A stretch of 64,000 nucleotides of DNA from an uncultured Chloroflexia bacterium. GTDB taxonomy: Bacteria; Chloroflexota; Limnocylindria; Limnocylindrales; CSP1-4. Position 1 is the first letter of the stretch; every line of letters begins with the position of its first letter. Position numbers and translations under genes: made by a program. Of the stretch, positions 59,766-64,000 are shown piece by piece. Where the stretch lies: positions 448,001-512,000 of the forward strand of contig CAVYIM010000003.1 of assembly GCA_963768655.1 (NCBI GenBank). The letters are read 5' to 3'. The notes beneath the pieces are model-generated. The model did not search any database, was not told where the DNA came from, and worked only from the letters and a program-made list of their open reading frames with translations.

Positions 59766-60890
59766 ATGGTGGAGCCATCGCCGGATGGTCAGGACGCTTC
59801 CGAGAGCGAATACGGGCCGAGGCCAGCCACCGGTCCCGTCCTCGCGCTCGTGGTCGTGGCGGGCCTGTGCCTGATCTGCGTAGCGGTCGTCCTGCCGTGG
59901 ATCCGGTGGGGCTTCTCCGCCGTGAACGTTGGATCCACCGTCAGTCTGTGGGATCTGGTGTCCCGAAGTGACGAGGACGAATTCGGGGCCGCCTGGATGC
60001 TCCCGGTGGCCGCCGGCATGGTCGCCGCCCTTGCCGGGTCCCTGTTCGAGCTGTTCCGGCGGCCGGTCAACCGCGCCCCGAGATGGCTCGCCCTGGCCGG
60101 TTTCGGGGTCGTTGTCAGCTTCTCCTGCATCGGCCTGTTCGCTGGCGTCGCCTCGTCCACGAGCTCGACCGCCTTTGCGTTCTCCCCCTCCCTGTCTTCG
60201 ACCCTGGACCTTGGCTTCTGGGTGGCCCTCGGCATCTCCGTCGTCGGCGCGGTCGCGTCGCTGGTCCTCGTGGGCGAAACCCCCAACCCTGCCCGCCGGC
60301 CGGAGCCGTTTGCCCCAAGCCCGTGGGGCCCCCCGCCGGGCATCCTGCCCCCGGGGTATTACCCGCCTGGGACCGAATGGTCCGAATACGTGTCGCGCGG
60401 ACAGGTTCCGCCCGGCTACGTGCCAGCCTCGTACCGGCCGGCCATCTACCCGACTCCGGGGTTCGTGACACGTGCATACGTCATGCCCGGCCAGCCCACG
60501 GGGTTGGGGCTCCCAGTCGGTCAGATGCCGGGCGACGTCGCGACGTACTCGACCGACACGGCCGGCCCGACGACCGGCACGCCGACGACCGGCCACCTCG
60601 CCGTCGTCGAGGCCGGCGGCTCGAAGGTGATCGCCGTCGAGCCCGGACAACGGCTGCTCGTGGGTCGGGATCCGGACGCGGAGATTCATGTCTCCGATCC
60701 CAAGGTTGGCGAGCGCCACGCGACGATCGAGCGGCTCGGCAACGGCTGGGCCGTTCAGGACGTCGACGCGGTCCGGCCCACGCGACTCATCGACGCATGG
60801 GGCACGAACCGCCAGGTCCGCGGCGAGACGACCATCTCGTCCGGGCAGCTTGTCGTCGGCGACGTGCTCATCACGCTCTACGTGAACTAG
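59766..60890 (+). CDS. Membrane protein with Pro-rich linker and C-terminal FHA-like domain
   Basis: About four TM segments; LLVGRDPDAEIHVSDPKVGERHATIERLGNGWAVQD. Confidence 0.75.
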   Translation: MVEPSPDGQDASESEYGPRPATGPVLALVVVAGLCLICVAVVLPWIRWGFSAVNVGSTVSLWDLVSRSDEDEFGAAWMLPVAAGMVAALAGSLFELFRRPVNRAPRWLALAGFGVVVSFSCIGLFAGVASSTSSTAFAFSPSLSSTLDLGFWVALGISVVGAVASLVLVGETPNPARRPEPFAPSPWGPPPGILPPGYYPPGTEWSEYVSRGQVPPGYVPASYRPAIYPTPGFVTRAYVMPGQPTGLGLPVGQMPGDVATYSTDTAGPTTGTPTTGHLAVVEAGGSKVIAVEPGQRLLVGRDPDAEIHVSDPKVGERHATIERLGNGWAVQDVDAVRPTRLIDAWGTNRQVRGETTISSGQLVVGDVLITLYVN

Positions 60891-62019
60891 TGTCCCGAGC
60901 CGCTGCAGGGTAACTGGTTTGCAGCTACGATTCGGCTATGCCGAACCATCCAGCTCCGCCGTTGGTAATCAGCGAGTCTGAACGAGCATCCCTACTGGCC
61001 CTGATACGAGCGGGTACGACCGAGCAGCGACTCGCGATGCGGGCCCGGATCGTGCTTGCGGCAGCGGCCGGCACGGCGAACGAGCGGATTGCGGCCGAGA
61101 TCGGGGTCACCCCCTTGACGGTGCGCGACTGGCGTACTCGTTTCGAGGCCGACCGCATGGCCGGCCTGGCTGATGCGCCTCGGCCCGGCCGAGTGCCAAC
61201 CTACGACCGGGCCGCTAGGGACCGGGTCATCGCCTTCACCTTGGAGCCGCCGCCGTTCGGGACCAGCCACTGGAGTTCGCGAGCGATGGCTGCCCGGACA
61301 GGCATCAGTGTCACGACCATCCAGCGCATCTGGCGCGAGGCTGGTCTCAAGCCGCATCGGGTCGAGACGTTCAAGTTCAGTACCGATCCCGACCTGGTGG
61401 CCAAGGTCCGTGACGTCGTGGGCCTCTATCTCGCTCCGCCCGAGCGGGCTATCGTGCTGTCCGTTGACGAGAAGACCCAGATCCAGGCTCTCGATCGAAC
61501 GGCCCCGATGCTGCCCATGAAGCCCGGCCAGGTGGAGCGCCACACCCACGACTACAAACGGAACGGCACCACCCACCTCTTTGCCGCTCTGGAAGTCGCC
61601 ACCGGCAAGGTCACCACGCAGACCCGCACCCACCATACCGGCGCCGACTTCTTAGCCTTCCTGGCGCAGGTTGAGCGAGCCTATCCGGAGAAAGACCTCG
61701 CAGTCGTGCTCGATAACGTCAGCTCCCACGAGACGCCAGACGTTCACAAGTGGCTCGAAGCTCATCCGCGAGTCAGCTTCCACTTCACGCCCACATCCGC
61801 ATCCTGGATGAACCAGATCGAGACCTGGTTCGGCATCCTGAGCCGTCAGGCCATCCGCCGTGGCAGCTTTCGCTCGGTCAAGGAACTCGTCGCGATGATC
61901 AACGGCTTCACGGCGCAATGGAACGAGGGTGCAACGCCCTTTCTCTGGGTCAAGACGGCCGACCAGATTCTGGCCAAGGCAGTGCGGAAGCCGCTAGCGA
62001 CCGGCGAATCGGGACACTA
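60888..62019 (+). mobile_element. IS630-family insertion sequence with TA target duplication
   Basis: Ends CTAGTGTCCCGA (60887-60898) and TCGGGACACTAG (62009-62020) are reverse complements; TA at 60888-60889 and 62018-62019. Confidence 0.92.
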
Positions 62020-62020
62020 G
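60938..62020 (+). CDS. IS630 family transposase
   Basis: HTH..RPGR, WS, DDE triad VDEK / LDN / NQIE; FHFTPTSASWMNQIE. Confidence 0.95.
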   Translation: MPNHPAPPLVISESERASLLALIRAGTTEQRLAMRARIVLAAAAGTANERIAAEIGVTPLTVRDWRTRFEADRMAGLADAPRPGRVPTYDRAARDRVIAFTLEPPPFGTSHWSSRAMAARTGISVTTIQRIWREAGLKPHRVETFKFSTDPDLVAKVRDVVGLYLAPPERAIVLSVDEKTQIQALDRTAPMLPMKPGQVERHTHDYKRNGTTHLFAALEVATGKVTTQTRTHHTGADFLAFLAQVERAYPEKDLAVVLDNVSSHETPDVHKWLEAHPRVSFHFTPTSASWMNQIETWFGILSRQAIRRGSFRSVKELVAMINGFTAQWNEGATPFLWVKTADQILAKAVRKPLATGESGH

Positions 62021-62185
62021 CCCCTGAATTGGGCTGGCCTGGCCGCCCCCGCTCTGCGCCGCGAAACCCCGGCGCCGGGCGCGTGGCGGCGTCGGGCGCC
62101 GGCAGGCTACTATTCCCGGGCGCACAGAGATCGCGGCCGCCGTTCGAGCTCGCCGCTTCGCAACTGCGCCAGGCATGCGTCTCGA

Positions 62186-62260
62186 GGGCCGTTAGCTCAG
62201 TGGTAGAGCCGCCGACTTTTAATCGGCTGGTCGTGGGTCCGAATCCCACACGGCCCTCCA
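62186..62260 (+). tRNA. tRNA-Lys (anticodon UUU), CCA encoded
   Basis: Cloverleaf: GGGCCGT/ACGGCCC acceptor stem, GCTC/GAGC D-stem, GCCGA-CTTTTAA-TCGGC anticodon arm, GTGGG-TCCGAAT-CCCAC T-arm. Confidence 0.92.
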
Positions 62261-62410
62261 AGTTCACGCTCAGACTCCCCTTCCTAAGTCTCACTATCCG
62301 GTACTTGGCAGCTTCGCGGCATCTTCGCTGGTGTAGACTCCGAATGGCGCGAAGGCCCGCTGGAGCACGCCGCTGGCCTTCAGATGCCCTCCTGATCGGG
62401 AGGACGGCCC

Positions 62411-63607
62411 GTGGGCCAGGCTACCAAGCCACGCAGATCCGCCGGCGAGGGTGCCATCTACGACACCGCGGACGGACGACTCCGCGGCTCGCTGCTCGTC
62501 CAGTTCCCAGATGGCCGGACCAAGCGCGTCTATGTCAGCGGTCGGACCCGAGCCGAAGTCGTGCGCAAGCTCGATGCCAAGCGCAAGGAAGGCGCGTCCG
62601 GGGCCCTGACGGGTGAGACCCTGGAGGCCTTCCTGACCCGCTGGCTACAGGTTCACGAGACGCGCATCCGCCCATCGACGCAGGCCGAATATCAGCGGAT
62701 CGTCCGGCAGTACTGGCTCGGCGTCAGCTTCACGGCCGACCTCAGGAAGCGAGCGATGACGCGCCTGCAGCCGATCGACGTCGAGCAGCGCATGGCCGAA
62801 CTCCTGGCGCGGAAGCTCTCGCCCACCACTGTCCGCTACGCACGAGGGGTCCTTCGGCGAGCGCTGAATGACGGCATGCGCGAGGGCCTCCTCAATCGCA
62901 ACGTTGCGGCCCTGGCGCGACCGCCCCGACTAGCAGCCCGTGAGATGCGGGCTCTGTCCCCTGCCGAAGCATCGCGACTTCTAAACGGGACCAACGATGA
63001 TCCGATGGGGCCGCTATACGCCCTCGCACTCGGCACCGGATGCCGGCTTGGCGAATTGCTAGGCCTAGCCTGGAGCGACCTCGCGGCCGATGGCTCGGCG
63101 CTGACTGTCCGACGAGCTCTGGCTGAATCCGGTCGAGTCGCCGACGATAAGGGGCACCGGCACACCACATGGAGTCTGGCGGAGCCGAAGACCCGGCGGA
63201 GTCGCCGGACCATCATGGTGCCTACGTTCGTGCGCGAGGCCCTGCGGCGCCAGAAGGCAGCCCAGGCCGCGCAGCGGCTGGCAGCCGGCACAGCGTGGCA
63301 GGACCAGGCCGATCTCATCTTCACCGACGCCATGGGCAATCCTATGCGACCGGATGCGGTATCCCGCATCTTCCACGAGACGGCCACGCGCCTCGGTCTT
63401 CAGCCGGTCCAATTCCACGATCTGCGGCACAGCGCGGCAAGTCTGATGCTCGCCCAAGGCGTCCCATTGAAGACGGTCAGCGAGGCGCTGGGCCATGCCT
63501 CGATCGCCATCACTGCGGACGTCTATGCGCACGTGACTCCAGACCTTCGGCGGGAGGCCGCCGACGCGCTGGACCGAGCGCTGCAAGTGAAGGCCGCGGC
63601 AGACTGA
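62411..63607 (+). CDS. int: Tyrosine recombinase/integrase
   Basis: RRSAGEGAIY arm-type N-terminus; catalytic motifs GCRLGE, EPKT, FHDLRH, LGH, DVY. Confidence 0.95.
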   Translation: MGQATKPRRSAGEGAIYDTADGRLRGSLLVQFPDGRTKRVYVSGRTRAEVVRKLDAKRKEGASGALTGETLEAFLTRWLQVHETRIRPSTQAEYQRIVRQYWLGVSFTADLRKRAMTRLQPIDVEQRMAELLARKLSPTTVRYARGVLRRALNDGMREGLLNRNVAALARPPRLAAREMRALSPAEASRLLNGTNDDPMGPLYALALGTGCRLGELLGLAWSDLAADGSALTVRRALAESGRVADDKGHRHTTWSLAEPKTRRSRRTIMVPTFVREALRRQKAAQAAQRLAAGTAWQDQADLIFTDAMGNPMRPDAVSRIFHETATRLGLQPVQFHDLRHSAASLMLAQGVPLKTVSEALGHASIAITADVYAHVTPDLRREAADALDRALQVKAAAD

Positions 63608-63637
63608 ACGAAAGGACCCATTTGAGCGTCGCTTCGG

Positions 63638-63892
63638 TCACTCGTGCCCTGACGCGACCTCGATGATGGCCGATGACGGAACCAATCGTCGCCGGCCGAC
63701 CTTGACGCTCCTGATGCGTCCCGCCCCGATTTCCGAATAGAGGGCGGTCCGACCGATGCCGAGAGCCCGGGCGGCCTGCTCGATGCTCATCAGGCGATCG
63801 GGCTCGCGCTCACTCGGGCGACGTTCGGTGGCGATCTCATCTCGTAGCGCGGCTACGAGCTCCGCCACGGCCGTCGCGAGCCGGTCGCTCAT
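63638..63892 (-). CDS. xis: Excisionase-like HTH DNA-binding protein
   Basis: RLMSIEQAARALGIGRTALYSEIGAGRIRSVKVGRRRLVP. Confidence 0.85.
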   Translation of the reverse strand: MSDRLATAVAELVAALRDEIATERRPSEREPDRLMSIEQAARALGIGRTALYSEIGAGRIRSVKVGRRRLVPSSAIIEVASGHE

Positions 63893-64000
63893 CGGACCAC
63901 GCGCGCTCGAGAGCACGACGGGCAGGAGCGTCGGCCTGTCGATCTGGGCCTGGCTTCGTAACGACTGCCGTCCGGATCGGCGAGGTCGCTCTGGGGCAGG

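Larger units (their letters stand above)
62240..64000. mobile_element. Left end of a tRNA-integrated element (prophage/IME/satellite), continuing beyond the window
   Basis: Integrase directly 3' of the tRNA with a convergent excisionase; the second att site is not visible, so the boundary is approximate. Confidence 0.75.

Noticed and set aside
101-63916. Many long overlapping ORFs in alternative frames (e.g. 1623-3077 -, 24442-26292 +, 46389-48134 +) and N-terminal extensions of real genes
   Set aside because: Arg/Pro/Ala-rich shadow frames expected at high GC; they overlap motif-supported genes. Starts were trimmed to RBS- or overlap-supported codons.
1-64000. CRISPR array, cas genes, rRNA, or recognisable riboswitches
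   Set aside because: No regularly spaced repeat-spacer pattern or recognisable consensus seen by eye; an Infernal/CRISPR scan would be needed to exclude weak cases.

Overview
High-GC bacterial chromosome segment; gene style suggests Chloroflexota (Limnocylindria-like) or Actinomycetota, which is inference only. Left to right: a partial lipoprotein gene; a TetR-led, mostly translationally coupled menaquinone operon (tetR-menF-menD-menH-menB-menA-menC-menE::alpha/beta-hydrolase fusion-MFS) with a perfect 26-bp operator-like palindrome and no menI or menG; a lower-GC secreted-protein/lipoprotein pair; an LLM oxidoreductase; an esterase; a polar amino-acid ABC transporter; an S1C protease-MoxR-DUF58-VWA-VWA operon; a DHA2 MFS; an adjacent paralog pair (a soluble two-repeat protein and a TPM-TPM-TM protein carrying the same module, split by a +1 frameshift); an antiporter, an SDR and small membrane proteins; a LacI-controlled sugar ABC cluster with visible promoters and operators; an ECF sigma/anti-sigma/secreted-protein trio; an orphan DNA methyltransferase next to a palindrome-flanked gene remnant; an aminotransferase-transketolase-DUF2203-DUF309 unit with LysR and a glutamate dehydrogenase; a mannose-family PTS with fused IIC-IID (one frameshift) and a SorC-type regulator; membrane/Kelch/FHA genes; an IS630 inserted in a stop codon; and tRNA-Lys(UUU) followed by the integrase and excisionase of an integrated element that runs off the right edge. 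The best novelty candidates are the MenE-hydrolase fusion in a TetR-led men operon and the soluble/receptor-like paralog pair. Several single-base frameshifts may be assembly errors. All family assignments come from motif recognition by eye; no searches were run.
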